From NCBI GenBank assembly GCA_965203055.1, contig OZ241863.1:1984001-2048000 (forward strand): DNA of 64,000 nt, given 5' to 3'. A model generated the notes under the pieces. It had not been told where the DNA came from, ran no database searches, and saw only the letters and a list, made by a program, of their open reading frames with translations. Of the stretch, positions 52,265 through 62,625 are shown piece after piece. The translations under genes were made by a program, and so were the position numbers. Each line of letters starts with the position of its first letter. Positions within the stretch are counted from its first letter, which is position 1. The DNA comes from Spirochaetia bacterium (GTDB taxonomy: Bacteria > Spirochaetota > Spirochaetia > SZUA-6 > Bin103).

Positions 52265-52813
52265 ATGAGTGCGGAGGCGGTCGTCGCCCTGGTCAGCGTA
52301 GTGGTGGTGTTGCAGGTAGCGGTTGCGGGCTTCATGTGGCGCAACTTGAGCAACCAGATTAGCGCCCTCAAGTCCGATCTGGAGAAGCAGATCGGCGCCG
52401 TCAAGTCCGACCTCGGCACCGTCAAGACCAGCCTGGAGGACCAGGCCGGCACTCTCAAGGCCGACCTGGAGAAGCAAATCGGCGCCGTCAGGACCGACCT
52501 CGGCACCGTCAAGACCAGCCTGGAGGACCAGGCCGGCACTCTCAAGACCGACCTGGAGAAGCAGATCGCCGCCGTCAAGACGGACCTGGAGAAGCAGATC
52601 GCCGACTCCGCGGCGCGCGCGGAGCAGGCGCATGCCCGGATCGAGAGCAACATCAGGGATACCGAGAATCGCTTGACGGCCCGCATCGACGGGCAGACCG
52701 AGCGCATTGACGCCTTGCACCGAGACCTGCGCGGGCTGGGCGAGCGGATCGCCAGAGTCGAGGCCGGCCAAGACGCCGAACAAGCGGTAGCTACCGGAAG
52801 CTACCCGCCGTAG
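52265..52813 (+). CDS. Membrane-anchored coiled-coil repeat protein
   Basis: N-terminal TM helix; LK.DLEKQIGAVK.DLGTVKTSLEDQAGT repeated (87-nt period from 52367). Confidence 0.75.
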   Translation: MSAEAVVALVSVVVVLQVAVAGFMWRNLSNQISALKSDLEKQIGAVKSDLGTVKTSLEDQAGTLKADLEKQIGAVRTDLGTVKTSLEDQAGTLKTDLEKQIAAVKTDLEKQIADSAARAEQAHARIESNIRDTENRLTARIDGQTERIDALHRDLRGLGERIARVEAGQDAEQAVATGSYPP

Positions 52814-52918
52814 CGCGCGCCGGGACAGACAGACGCCGCCGCGGTTGGCCGGCCGGCGGCGGCGTGCTATTCTCCGCGCCGCGGAGGCGGGGCCCTGAAC
52901 ACCTATCATCAGAAGCGC

Positions 52919-53782
52919 ATGCTGGCCGGCTACCTGTTCATCTCGCCGTGGGTGATCGGCTTCCTGGTGTTCGTGGTGGGCTCGCTGCTGGCCTCCCTGT
53001 TCCTCAGCTTCACCAACTGGAACGCCCTCTCCCGGCCGCAGTTCATCGGCCTGCGCAACTACGCCAAGCTGTTCCTGGACGACCCGCTGTTCTGGAAGTC
53101 GGTCAAGGTCACCGCGCTCTATTCGCTCAGCATCCCTCTCAACCTCGTGTTCGGGCTGCTGATCGCGGTGCTGCTCAACCAGAAGATCAAGGGACTCGGC
53201 CTGTTTCGCACCATCTACTACCTGCCGAGCGTGATCGTCGGCGTGGCGGTGTCGTTGCTGTGGGTGTGGATCTTCAACCCCCGCTTCGGCGTGTTCAACC
53301 TGTTTCTGGCGCAGGTATTCGGCATCGAAGGGCCGGCCTGGCTGGCCGACGAGACGTGGGTGATTCCGGCGCTGATAATCATGAGCCTGTGGGGCGTCGG
53401 CGGGCCGATGCTGATCTACCTGGCGGCGCTGCAGAACGTTCCCACCTCCTACTACGAGGCGGCGATCGTCGACGGCGCCAACGCCTGGCAGCGCTTTCTG
53501 CGCATCACCGTGCCGATGATCTCGCCGGTAATCCTGTTCAACCTGATCATGGGCATCATCCAGTCGTTCCAGGTGTTCACGCCGGCCTACGTGATGACCG
53601 AGGGCGGCCCCAACCACGCCAGCCTGGTGTACGTGCTGTACCTGTACCGGCACGCGTTCCAGTGGTACCGCATGGGCTACGCCGCGGCGCAGGCCTGGAT
53701 TCTGTTCGTCATCATTCTCGCCATGACCCTGATCGTGCTGCGCTCGTCGGCCGCCTGGGTGTACTACGAGTCGCGGAAGTAG
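52919..53782 (+). CDS. Carbohydrate ABC transporter permease
   Basis: GYLFISPW, FRTIYYLP, YEAAIVDGA (EAA loop); possible CTG start at 52895. Confidence 0.93.
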   Translation: MLAGYLFISPWVIGFLVFVVGSLLASLFLSFTNWNALSRPQFIGLRNYAKLFLDDPLFWKSVKVTALYSLSIPLNLVFGLLIAVLLNQKIKGLGLFRTIYYLPSVIVGVAVSLLWVWIFNPRFGVFNLFLAQVFGIEGPAWLADETWVIPALIIMSLWGVGGPMLIYLAALQNVPTSYYEAAIVDGANAWQRFLRITVPMISPVILFNLIMGIIQSFQVFTPAYVMTEGGPNHASLVYVLYLYRHAFQWYRMGYAAAQAWILFVIILAMTLIVLRSSAAWVYYESRK

Positions 53783-53787
53783 CCGGC

Positions 53788-54657
53788 ATGTCGAGCGTAA
53801 CGCTGGTCCGCTACCATGAACGACAGTCGGTGCGGCGGCGCATCACCCTGGCGTTCGTCTACTTGGCGCTGGGCGCGGGCGCCGTCGTGATCCTGGCGCC
53901 GTTCGTGTGGATGCTGTCCACCGCCCTCAAGGTGCCGGGCACCGAGTTCGTCTATCCGCCGCAGCTCTTCACCAGGCCGCTGCACTGGGCCAACTTCAGC
54001 AACGGCTGGACCGCGCTGCCGTTCACGCGCTGGTTCTTCAACACCGCGTTCATCACCCTGCTGTCGGTAGCCGGCGCCACCCTCTCGTCATCGCTGGTGG
54101 CGTACGGCTTCGCCCGCCTGGAGTTTCCGGGCCGCACCGTGCTGTTCGTGATCCTCCTGAGCACGATGATGCTGCCGTTCCACGTGCGCCTGATCCCGAT
54201 GTTCATCACCTTCCGCTACCTCGGCTGGATCGACACCTACCTGCCGCTGGTGGTGCCCTTCTTCTTCGGCGGCGTGCCGTTCTTCATCTTCCTGGTGCGG
54301 CAGTTCTTCCTGACCATTCCGCTGGAGATGGAGGACGCCGCGGCCATCGACGGCGCCGGCGTGTTCACCACCTTCCGGCGCATCATCCTGCCGCTGTCGC
54401 GGCCGGTGCTGGGGGTGGTGGGCGTCTTCGCCTTCATTCGGGTGTGGAACGACTTTCTGGAGCCGCTGATCTATCTCCACTCGATGGAGAAGATGACCCT
54501 GTCGCTCGGCCTGCGCTTCTTTCAGGATCAGGACTTCACCGACTGGACGCTGCTGATGGCGGTCTCCATCGTGGTGCTGATACCGAGTCTGGCGCTGTTC
54601 TTCGTGGCGCAGAAGTACTACATCCACGGCGTGGTCACCACCGGCATCAAGGGGTGA
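53788..54657 (+). CDS. Carbohydrate ABC transporter permease
   Basis: AYGFARLEFPGR, EDAAAIDGA, WNDFLEPL. Confidence 0.93.
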   Translation: MSSVTLVRYHERQSVRRRITLAFVYLALGAGAVVILAPFVWMLSTALKVPGTEFVYPPQLFTRPLHWANFSNGWTALPFTRWFFNTAFITLLSVAGATLSSSLVAYGFARLEFPGRTVLFVILLSTMMLPFHVRLIPMFITFRYLGWIDTYLPLVVPFFFGGVPFFIFLVRQFFLTIPLEMEDAAAIDGAGVFTTFRRIILPLSRPVLGVVGVFAFIRVWNDFLEPLIYLHSMEKMTLSLGLRFFQDQDFTDWTLLMAVSIVVLIPSLALFFVAQKYYIHGVVTTGIKG

Positions 54658-54659
54658 CG

Positions 54660-54714
54660 CGCGCACCGGCGCAGGCGGCCGCATCTCTGCGCAGGCCGCC
54701 CCGCGCCGGCGCGC
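54660..54714. terminator. GC-rich imperfect hairpin between convergent genes
   Basis: ccggcgc..ggcggcc / ggccgcc..gcgccgg arms; no clear U-tract. Confidence 0.35.
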
Positions 54715-54744
54715 TGTACCTTGCCTTAGCCTACCTGAAAAGCC

Positions 54745-56079
54745 CTAAAAGCCTTCCAGGATGTCGTTGGCCTGCTTCACGGTGTCGGCGATGGCCTGGT
54801 CCACGCTCTTGGCGCCGCGCACCGCGTTCTCCACCTCGGTGTCCATCACGTCATACGCGATGCGGTATGCGTTCGCTTGGCGCGGCACCAGCGGCGTGAT
54901 CGCCTTTTCGCCGAGCATCACGTCCAGGATCATGTCCACGTCGACGTAGCTCCACAGCTCGCGGAAGGTCGGCGAGTTGATCACGTCGATGTTGGGCGGC
55001 AGGCGGAACGGCAGGCCCAGATCGAAGCGCACCTGCCACGACTCCTCATCCACCAGGGAGGTGACGAAATCCCACGCCAGCAGTCGGTCGGGAGCGGTGA
55101 CCGAGATTCCGAGGCTGTTGCCGTCGGCCCACGCGGCGTGGCCGGCGGGACCGGCGGGAAACGGTACGATGCCCCACTCCCAACCTTCTTCCCAACGGAT
55201 GTGCCGCAGCATGATGGTGGCGGCGCTCTGGCGGCCGATCGCCACCTTGCCGGTATTGAACGAGATGCCGATGTCGCCCGCCTGCATCTCCGGCGGCGGC
55301 GCCACGTGGTGGACGCGCACCAGGTCGACCAGCAACTGCAGCGCCTCACGGGTTTCGGGGCTGTCCAAGGTGATTTCGGTGAAGTCCTCGTTGAACAGGC
55401 GCCCGCCGTGCGCCCACACGGTGGTCAATATCGGCACCGGGTTGTCGCCCATGTCCACCATGCCGTATTGATCGGGCGTGCCGTCGCCGTCTTCGTCGAC
55501 GGTCAGCGCCTTGGCTACCTCGATGGCGTTGGACCAGGTCCAGGCGCCGCGGTTGTACATCTCGATCGGCGTTTCCATTCCCGCTTCGTCGAACATCGTC
55601 TTGTTGTAGACGAGGATGTGGGCCGTGGCGTTGTAGGGAACGCCGGTGAGTTGGCCGTCGAAAATGAACTGCTTGTGCTGCGGGTAGTCGTCGATGTTGA
55701 AGTCGACGTCGCCCTGCACCAGTTCGTTCAGGGCGATGATGCGCTCGTTGGCCCACAGATTGGCGAACGGCGTCGGCCAACCGAAGATGATGTCGGGCGA
55801 CTGGCCGCCCGCTACCATGGTGTCCAGCTTCTCCTTGAACTGCGGAAACGGCACGATCAGCGGCTCGATGGTGTCGCCGGGATTGCGATCCTCCCAGCGC
55901 GCGATCAACGCTTCTTCCTGGGTGATGTCGTCAGCGCCGCCGAAGCGCAGGTAGGTCATGGTGATCGGTCCGCGCGCGTCAGCGGCGCCCTCCTCGGTAC
56001 CGGTGGCGTAGGCGGTGCCGGCGAGCAACCCGAACAGCAGCGCCGCGCCCAGCGCGGTCCGCATACTTGGTCGAAACAT
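54745..56079 (-). CDS. Sugar ABC extracellular solute-binding protein
   Basis: Signal peptide, RBS AAGGAGG, YNKTMFDEAG, SFNTGKVA, WGIVPFPAGP. Confidence 0.92.
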   Translation of the reverse strand: MFRPSMRTALGAALLFGLLAGTAYATGTEEGAADARGPITMTYLRFGGADDITQEEALIARWEDRNPGDTIEPLIVPFPQFKEKLDTMVAGGQSPDIIFGWPTPFANLWANERIIALNELVQGDVDFNIDDYPQHKQFIFDGQLTGVPYNATAHILVYNKTMFDEAGMETPIEMYNRGAWTWSNAIEVAKALTVDEDGDGTPDQYGMVDMGDNPVPILTTVWAHGGRLFNEDFTEITLDSPETREALQLLVDLVRVHHVAPPPEMQAGDIGISFNTGKVAIGRQSAATIMLRHIRWEEGWEWGIVPFPAGPAGHAAWADGNSLGISVTAPDRLLAWDFVTSLVDEESWQVRFDLGLPFRLPPNIDVINSPTFRELWSYVDVDMILDVMLGEKAITPLVPRQANAYRIAYDVMDTEVENAVRGAKSVDQAIADTVKQANDILEGF

Positions 56080-56227
56080 AGGTGATCCTCCTTGGGACGT
56101 AGCAATCGGGATTCTTGCGAACGCGAGCCAGTATTGGCGCGCCGGCGCGCCGGCGTCAACGAAGCGCGGCGGAGGATGGCGCCGGGCGGCGGGCGCGGCC
56201 GGCAGCGCTTTGCTATACTCGACGCCG

Positions 56228-58156
56228 ATGAGCGAATCACGCACCGCCGGACGACCCAACATCCTCTGGATTTCGGTCGAAGACATCAATCCGCTGCTCG
56301 GCTGCTACGGCGACCGCTACGCCAAGACGCCCAACCTCGACGCCCTGGCCGCGGCCGGGATTCGCTACGCAAACGCCCATTCGATGGCGCCGGTCTGTTC
56401 CGCCTCCCGCTCCGCGATCATCACCGGGGTCGCCGCCGCGGCGCTCGGCACGCACCATCACCGCTCCACCGTCGCCGCCCCGCCGCACCTGCGGCTGCTG
56501 CCCGCCTACCTGCGCGAGGCCGGCTACTTTACCTCCAACTGCGTCAAGACCGACTACAACCTGGCCGGCACCGGGTCGCCGCGCACCGACGCGGCGGCGC
56601 CGCTCAGCGCCGCCGCCTGGGACGCCTGGAGCGGCGCCGCGCATTGGCGGCAGCGACGGCCCGGGCAGCCGTTCTTCGCGGTGTTCAACTACACCGAGTG
56701 CCATTCGTTCGTGACCAAGGATCCAGACGAGACGGTCGTCGCCGAACGCCTGACGCTGCTGCAGCCGAACGACTTTCACGACCCGAAGAAGGCGCCGCTG
56801 CCGCCCTATCACCCCGACCTGCCCGAGTTCCGCAAAGCCTGGTCGCGCTACTACGACGCGGTGACCCAGATCGACTACCACGTGGGGCGTCACGTCGCCG
56901 AGCTGCAGGCCGACGGGCTATGGGACGACACCATCGTCGTGTTCTGGGCCGACCACGGCACCGGCATGCTGCGCGCCAAGCACTGGCTGTGGGAGCAGGG
57001 CGATCACGTGCCGCTGATCGTCCGCTTTCCGCAGCGCTGGCAACACCTGGCCCCGGCGGCGCCCGGCGCGGTGGTGGAGGAGCCGGTCACCACGCTCGAT
57101 CTCACCGCCTCCACCCTGGCGCTGGCCGGCCTGCCGGTGCCGGATCACCTGCACAGCCGGCCGGTGCTGCGCGCCGGCGCCCGCCACCGCCCGTACGTGG
57201 TGACCGGCCGCGACCGCCTCGACACCCGCTTCGAGCTGGTGCGCGCGGTGCGCGCCCGCCGCTTCCGCTACCAGCGCAACTTCTTCCCGCACCTGCCCTA
57301 CTTTCCGTATGAGAACTCGATCTACTGGTCGGGCTATATCCGGGCCTGGGACCGTCTGGCGCGGCGCGGCGGGTTGCGCGGCCCGCAGCGCCAGATCGCC
57401 GCCCGCCGCAAGCCGTTCGAGGAACTCTACGACGGCGCCGCCGATACCTGGTTCGTGCGCGATCTGGTGCCCGCCGGCGAACACGACGAAGTGGTGGCGC
57501 GCATGCGCCGGCAGCTCTACGACTGGATGATCGAACACCGCGACCTGGGGTTGATCGACGAGCCGGAACTGCATGAACGCGCGGCCGGCGCGCCGCTGTG
57601 GCTGGTCGGCCAGCGCTGCGACGACTACGAACGGATTCTCGACACCGCCGATCTGAGCCGGCGCGGGCCGGAGCAGCGCGGCGAGTTGCTGCGCCGGAGG
57701 GCGGATCCCGACTCCGCGGCGCGCTTCTGGGCAATCACCGGACTGGTGATTCTGGAGTGCGCCGATCAGGCCGCGGTGGATGCGTTCGACGCGGCGCTGC
57801 AGGACCCCGCGGTGAGCGTGCGGATTGCTGCGGCTGACGGGCTGCTCCGGCTGCGCCGCTACGGCGCGGCCCTGCCGGCGCTGATCGCCGCGCTCGAACA
57901 CCCGCTGCCGGTGGCGCGCGGGCGCGCCGCCAACGTGCTCGACTCGCAGCCGCCCTCCGCCGCGGTCCACCTGCGCCCGGCGCTGGAACCGTTGCGCCGC
58001 GCCGCCGCTGCATTGGGCGGCGGCCTGCATGACGTGCAGTACCGGTTCCCGATGGAGCGCGCGGTGGCCGCCATCGAGGGCTCGACCGCCTACTACCGGT
58101 GGCCGGAGGCCGGCGCCGGCGGCGCGGAAGGAGGCCTGGCGGGCGCGGCGCGATGA
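56228..58156 (+). CDS. Sulfatase with C-terminal HEAT-like repeats
   Basis: RPNILWISVED, CSASRSAIITG (CxAxR variant), WADHG, EELYD; helical repeats at the C-terminus. Confidence 0.9.
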   Translation: MSESRTAGRPNILWISVEDINPLLGCYGDRYAKTPNLDALAAAGIRYANAHSMAPVCSASRSAIITGVAAAALGTHHHRSTVAAPPHLRLLPAYLREAGYFTSNCVKTDYNLAGTGSPRTDAAAPLSAAAWDAWSGAAHWRQRRPGQPFFAVFNYTECHSFVTKDPDETVVAERLTLLQPNDFHDPKKAPLPPYHPDLPEFRKAWSRYYDAVTQIDYHVGRHVAELQADGLWDDTIVVFWADHGTGMLRAKHWLWEQGDHVPLIVRFPQRWQHLAPAAPGAVVEEPVTTLDLTASTLALAGLPVPDHLHSRPVLRAGARHRPYVVTGRDRLDTRFELVRAVRARRFRYQRNFFPHLPYFPYENSIYWSGYIRAWDRLARRGGLRGPQRQIAARRKPFEELYDGAADTWFVRDLVPAGEHDEVVARMRRQLYDWMIEHRDLGLIDEPELHERAAGAPLWLVGQRCDDYERILDTADLSRRGPEQRGELLRRRADPDSAARFWAITGLVILECADQAAVDAFDAALQDPAVSVRIAAADGLLRLRRYGAALPALIAALEHPLPVARGRAANVLDSQPPSAAVHLRPALEPLRRAAAALGGGLHDVQYRFPMERAVAAIEGSTAYYRWPEAGAGGAEGGLAGAAR

Positions 58157-58983
58157 AGCTGGCCCTGGTAGCCGACATTCACGCCAACCTGCCGGCCCTG
58201 CAGGCGGTGCTCGCCGACGTCGACCGCTGGCGTCCGGAGCAGGTGGTGGTGCTGGGCGACACGATCAACCGCGGGCCGCATCCCCGCCAGTGCTACGAGC
58301 TGATCCGCGCCCGCGCGGCCTCACCGGCGTGGCACGTGCTGGCCGGCAACCACGAGGATTACGTACTGCACGTGCACCGCCGGCCGCTGGCCGGGAACGA
58401 GCTGGCGGTACACCAGCATACCCACTGGACCGCGGCCCAACTCGCCGGCGCGGTGGCGCAGCTCGCGGCCCTGCCGGACCACCTCCACCTGGACCTGCCG
58501 CTCCCCGCCGGGCGGGCGGCGTTTACCCACGGCTCGCTACTCGGCAACCGCAACGGCATCTACCCCGACACCGAACCCGCCGAGCTGGCCGACAAGGTCG
58601 ACTCCCGCGCGGCGCTGTTCGGCGTCGGTCACACCCACCGCCCGTTGATCCGCAGCCACGGCGCCACCCTGGTGGTGAACGCCGGCTCGGTAGGGCTGCC
58701 GTTCGACGGCGACCGCCGCGCCGGCTACGCCCAGGCCACCGCGCGGCGCTCCGGGTGGCAGGTGGAGATCATTCGCCTCACCTACGACTGGAGCGCGGCG
58801 CGGCGCGCCTACGTGGCCGAGGGGTTCGTTACCGGCAGCGGCCCGCTGGCGCGGGTGATCGGCCGGGAACTGGAGACCGCGCGGCCGCTGCTGGCCGAAT
58901 GGACCAGGCGCTACCAGCGCCGGGTGCTGGAGGGCGAGCTGGCCATGGATCAGGCGGTCAACCAGTTTCTCGAAGCGTCATGA
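58153..58983 (+). CDS. Calcineurin-like metallophosphoesterase
   Basis: DIHAN, GDTINRG, GNHE, HGS, GHTH, NAGSVG. Confidence 0.92.
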   Translation: MKLALVADIHANLPALQAVLADVDRWRPEQVVVLGDTINRGPHPRQCYELIRARAASPAWHVLAGNHEDYVLHVHRRPLAGNELAVHQHTHWTAAQLAGAVAQLAALPDHLHLDLPLPAGRAAFTHGSLLGNRNGIYPDTEPAELADKVDSRAALFGVGHTHRPLIRSHGATLVVNAGSVGLPFDGDRRAGYAQATARRSGWQVEIIRLTYDWSAARRAYVAEGFVTGSGPLARVIGRELETARPLLAEWTRRYQRRVLEGELAMDQAVNQFLEAS

Positions 58984-59901
58984 GGCGGTCGGACGCGGGC
59001 GCCCGACCACGGCGACCGCGGCCGCCGGCAACCAGGCCCGGCGGCCGTCGGCCAACGCCACGTGGAACCAGTCATTGCGCTCCTCGATCACCAGCAACTC
59101 GGTGCCGGCGTGGAGCGGGCCGGCGAAGCTCGGTTCGTAACCCGCGCCGTCGCCGCGCCGCGCCGTGACCTCGGCGGCGACGATAACCGCCGCCTCGGGG
59201 GCGGGGCGCAACAACTCCACGGCGGTCGAAGCGCCGGCCGCGGCCGCCGCCAGGCCGGCGCCGGCCAGCACCGCCGCCGCGGCCCCGCGTCTGAGCCGCG
59301 CTCCCGGCCGCGCACCGGGCGCACTGGATTTCGCGGCCTGCTCGGAGCGGCCCAGCAGGCCGCGCAACGCCGGCGCCAGCGCCAGCAGCCAGAGGACGTT
59401 GACCGCTACCAGAAACAACGTGACCCGGACCCGCAGCGGCCACGCGTAGTGCCAGAAGAACACCAGCCGCAGCACGCTTCCTGAGGCCGCCGGGCTGATC
59501 CGGTCGCGGCGCAGGGCGCGCGCGTGGCGCAGGCTCTGCTGCAGATTGGGGTCGGCCGGAATGAGGCGCTGCGCCTCGCGGTAGTGGAGCACGGCGCGCC
59601 CCAGGTCGCCGAGGCGCAGGTAGGTGTTGCCGATGTTGTACAGCAGGAAGCCGTTGCCGCGGCCGAGCGCTGCCGCGGCGCGCTCGTAGCGCAGCAGCGC
59701 GGCGCGAAACCGCTCCTCGGCCGCCGCGGCGCGGCCCGCGCCGGCCAGCCCGATGGCGGCCGCGAAGTGCTGCTCCGCTTCGGCCAGCCACGCCGCCGGC
59801 GCCGATTCCGGCGCCGGCGCGGCGGCTGATTGCGCCGCGGCGGGCGCCGCCAGCCAGGCTCCCAGCAGCACCACCGGAAGCAGGCGTACGGCGCGGGTCA
59901 T
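58978..59901 (-). CDS. batE: BatE-like TPR + SH3 protein
   Basis: LYNIGNTY..GRAVLHY; C-terminal LHAGTEL..W..GWLP-like SH3b; bat operon context. Confidence 0.7.
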   Translation of the reverse strand: MTRAVRLLPVVLLGAWLAAPAAAQSAAAPAPESAPAAWLAEAEQHFAAAIGLAGAGRAAAAEERFRAALLRYERAAAALGRGNGFLLYNIGNTYLRLGDLGRAVLHYREAQRLIPADPNLQQSLRHARALRRDRISPAASGSVLRLVFFWHYAWPLRVRVTLFLVAVNVLWLLALAPALRGLLGRSEQAAKSSAPGARPGARLRRGAAAAVLAGAGLAAAAAGASTAVELLRPAPEAAVIVAAEVTARRGDGAGYEPSFAGPLHAGTELLVIEERNDWFHVALADGRRAWLPAAAVAVVGRPRPTAS

Positions 59902-61730
59902 CGGCGCGCGCTCCGTTCCGCCCGCTCCGCCCAGGCAGCCAGCCGTGCGCCGAGGCGGTCGGTCTCGGCGGCTGCCGCCGCGCCGTAACGGGCGGCCTCC
60001 AGCGCGGCGAACAGGGCGCGCAACTCCTCCAGCGCCGCCTCCTCCACGCCCCGCGCGCGCAGCAGGCGCGCGGCGCCGGCGAAGTCGTGGACCGCGCGCG
60101 CCGGCTGCAGGGAGTCGTTGAGGTAGGCGCGCAGCGCGGCGAGCAGGGCCGGCGGCGGCGCCTCGCTTCCCGCCGCGGCCAGGCTGCGGCGCAGCGCCGC
60201 CAGGGCCGCGCCGGGCCGGCGCGGGCGGGAGCGGCGCAGGAGCAGCGCCAGCCGCGCCGCGGCCAGCGCCAGCGGCGCGGCGAACAGCGCCAGCAGCCCG
60301 CCGGGGGAGGCGGCGAACGAGCGCACCGCGAAGCGCTGGTCGACCAGCAGCATCGGGCCGGCGTAGTTGTGCGCGATGCCCTCCCGGCGGCTCGCTACCG
60401 GCGCGCTCGGAGCCTGATCCGCGGCCGCCCCCTCCACGTCGCGCAGAGTGACCTCCCGGGTGGGGTGCACGGTGATCGGAATCGGCGCGCTGGCCAGCTC
60501 GGCGTAGCGCCCGAGCTCGGCGTCGAATACGTTGATGCGCACCGGCGGGATCGCCGTCACCTCCGGGTGCAGCGCGCGCAAAGTATGGCGCAGCGCGGCC
60601 CGCTGCGCGGTCAGGGCGGGCAGCGCGTCGGCGCTGACGCGAAACTCGCCAAAGCCGTCCATGGCGGTCAGGTCGGGCGCCCGCAGGCGGCGCAGGTCGC
60701 CGCGCCCGGCGATGGTCACCGTGAACTCCAACGGGTCGCCCACCTTCACCTCCAGCGGCGCCGCCTCGGCGGTCAGCTCGAAGCTCCCCACCAGGCCGCT
60801 GAACTCCGCCGGGCGCCCCGCCTCCGGCAGCGCCTTGACGGTGAGCGTCAGCTCGTTGGACGGCACGACGAAGCGCTGCCGCACCGGCTGGCGCACCGTG
60901 CGCCCGAAGAAGTCGCGTACGCGGCGGTAGCCGGAGACGCCGTCGAACACGACCGTGGCCGGCGCCACGCGGAGCGGTCCGGGGCGCTCGGGGAGCAGCG
61001 CCGCGGCAAAGCTCAACGTAGTGAACGGCTGCCCGTCGATGCGCGTCCGGCCCCAGTGCCAGCGCACGTCGCGCCCCGCTACCGGCAGCGACACCGGATC
61101 CTCCCGGCCGGCGGCGGGCGCCTGCGGCTCGTAGTCGAGGCCGTGCGCCGCGGCGTCATCCAGCAGCGGATGGCTGAGGCCGTGCACCCGCTCCGGCTCC
61201 AGCTCCGAGTTCCACATCCAGGTGGTGGTCAGCAGCACCGGCTCGCCGACCCACACCTGCTGGCGCTCCAGGCTGAGGCGCAGTCGATAGTCCGCGGTCT
61301 CCTGCGGCGCCCGCACTCGAATCGGTAGCGCCCTGGTGCGCTGCGGCTGCCCCGCAACCTGCAGGGTGAGCGCGGGAATGGTCAGGTCGCCGGCTTCGGT
61401 CGGGGTAAACTGGTAGTTGAGCACGTACCCCCTGGTCACCTCGCGCGTGGTGCGGCCGTTGATGGTGGTGATGATCTCGCTGTTGTTCGGGCCGCTGCCC
61501 AACGCGCGCACCGAGAAGCCGGCGATGACGCCGGGGTCCGGCGCGCTGACCTGATCGCTGCCCGCGACCACGATCCGCACGTGAAGCGGCTCGCCCACGT
61601 ACCCTTCGCTGCGCTCCACCTCGGCCTGCACGGTGACCTCCTGGGCACCGGCGGCCGCCGCCGCGGCGCAGGCCAACAGCACCCCCAGGAGGAGGCGCGG
61701 CGGAGCGGGCGCCGGGCGCCGGGCAAGCAT
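59898..61730 (-). CDS. batD: BatD family protein
   Basis: SEIITTING, LTVKALPEAGRPAEFSGLVGSF, VKVGDPL. Confidence 0.82.
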   Translation of the reverse strand: MLARRPAPAPPRLLLGVLLACAAAAAAGAQEVTVQAEVERSEGYVGEPLHVRIVVAGSDQVSAPDPGVIAGFSVRALGSGPNNSEIITTINGRTTREVTRGYVLNYQFTPTEAGDLTIPALTLQVAGQPQRTRALPIRVRAPQETADYRLRLSLERQQVWVGEPVLLTTTWMWNSELEPERVHGLSHPLLDDAAAHGLDYEPQAPAAGREDPVSLPVAGRDVRWHWGRTRIDGQPFTTLSFAAALLPERPGPLRVAPATVVFDGVSGYRRVRDFFGRTVRQPVRQRFVVPSNELTLTVKALPEAGRPAEFSGLVGSFELTAEAAPLEVKVGDPLEFTVTIAGRGDLRRLRAPDLTAMDGFGEFRVSADALPALTAQRAALRHTLRALHPEVTAIPPVRINVFDAELGRYAELASAPIPITVHPTREVTLRDVEGAAADQAPSAPVASRREGIAHNYAGPMLLVDQRFAVRSFAASPGGLLALFAAPLALAAARLALLLRRSRPRRPGAALAALRRSLAAAGSEAPPPALLAALRAYLNDSLQPARAVHDFAGAARLLRARGVEEAALEELRALFAALEAARYGAAAAAETDRLGARLAAWAERAERSARR

Positions 61731-61734
61731 GCGC

Positions 61735-62625
61735 CTACCAGTCCCGCGGCACCGGCTGCAGCCGGCTCTGCCGCTCCCGGCGCCGCGCGGCGTTGGCCTC
61801 TTCGGCGGCGATGATCTGCCGGGCGAGCTGCTCGGGCGACTGCTCGGGCGGCGCGGCGCCGCCCTCCTGCCCGGCCCCGGACGGCGGCGCCGGCTGCTCT
61901 TCCGCGGCGCCGGGCGCCGGCGGCGGCGCGCCCGCGCCCTCCCCGGTGTCGTCGTCATCCGCGCTGTTCGCGGCGGCCGGCGCGTCCTCCGGCTGCCCCG
62001 GCGGCGGCTGCTCCTGCCCGCCGGACTCCTGCTGCTGTTGTTGTTGCTGTTGCTGCTGCTGGGGCGGCGGCTGGCGGCGCAGCAGGTCGAGCTGCATGCG
62101 CGCCAGTTCCAGGTTGCGGGCCGCCGCCGGGTGGCCGGGAACCACCCGCAGGGCGCGTTCGAAGCTGGCGCTGGCGCCTTCCAGGGTCTGCAGCGCGGCG
62201 CCGGTGTCGGCGGGCTGCTGTTGCAGCAGGCGCTCGGCTTCCATCATCTCGGTGTTGCCCAACGCCAGATGGCCGGCCGCGGCCAGCTCCGGCCGGGCGG
62301 CGTAGTTGACGGCCTGCTGCAAGCTGGCGCGCGCGGCCTCATAGTCACCGTCCTGATAGGCCGAGATGCCGGCGTTGTAGAGCAGCGCCGGCTCCTCGGG
62401 ACGCTGCTCCGCGGCGGCGCCGAACACCTCCGCCGCGGCCGCGAAATCGCCGGCCCGATATGCCGTCAGCCCGTCACCCACGCCGGCCGCCCCCAGCGGT
62501 CCGGCGCCGAGCCAACACAGCGCGGCCAGCAACAACCCGCGGCGGCTCCTGCGCGGCGTGCGGCCGCGCCCCGCGTACCGGAAGGCGCACCCCGCGCGCC
62601 GGAGGGCGCGCCGGCGGCGCGTCAC
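61735..62625 (-). CDS. batC: BatC-like TPR protein with Gln-rich linker (start uncertain)
   Basis: YNAGISAY, AARNLELA, poly-Q, C-terminal VPRDW. Confidence 0.72.
   Translation of the reverse strand: MTRRRRALRRAGCAFRYAGRGRTPRRSRRGLLLAALCWLGAGPLGAAGVGDGLTAYRAGDFAAAAEVFGAAAEQRPEEPALLYNAGISAYQDGDYEAARASLQQAVNYAARPELAAAGHLALGNTEMMEAERLLQQQPADTGAALQTLEGASASFERALRVVPGHPAAARNLELARMQLDLLRRQPPPQQQQQQQQQQQESGGQEQPPPGQPEDAPAAANSADDDDTGEGAGAPPPAPGAAEEQPAPPSGAGQEGGAAPPEQSPEQLARQIIAAEEANAARRRERQSRLQPVPRDW

Noticed and set aside
52864..53787. 597-aa ORF suggesting a fused permease
   Set aside because: The upstream half is an out-of-frame overlap of the first permease; real start is ATG 53788
62030..62060. 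CAG/CAA repeat as a phase-variation tract
   Set aside because: In-frame poly-Gln linker typical of BatC-like proteins
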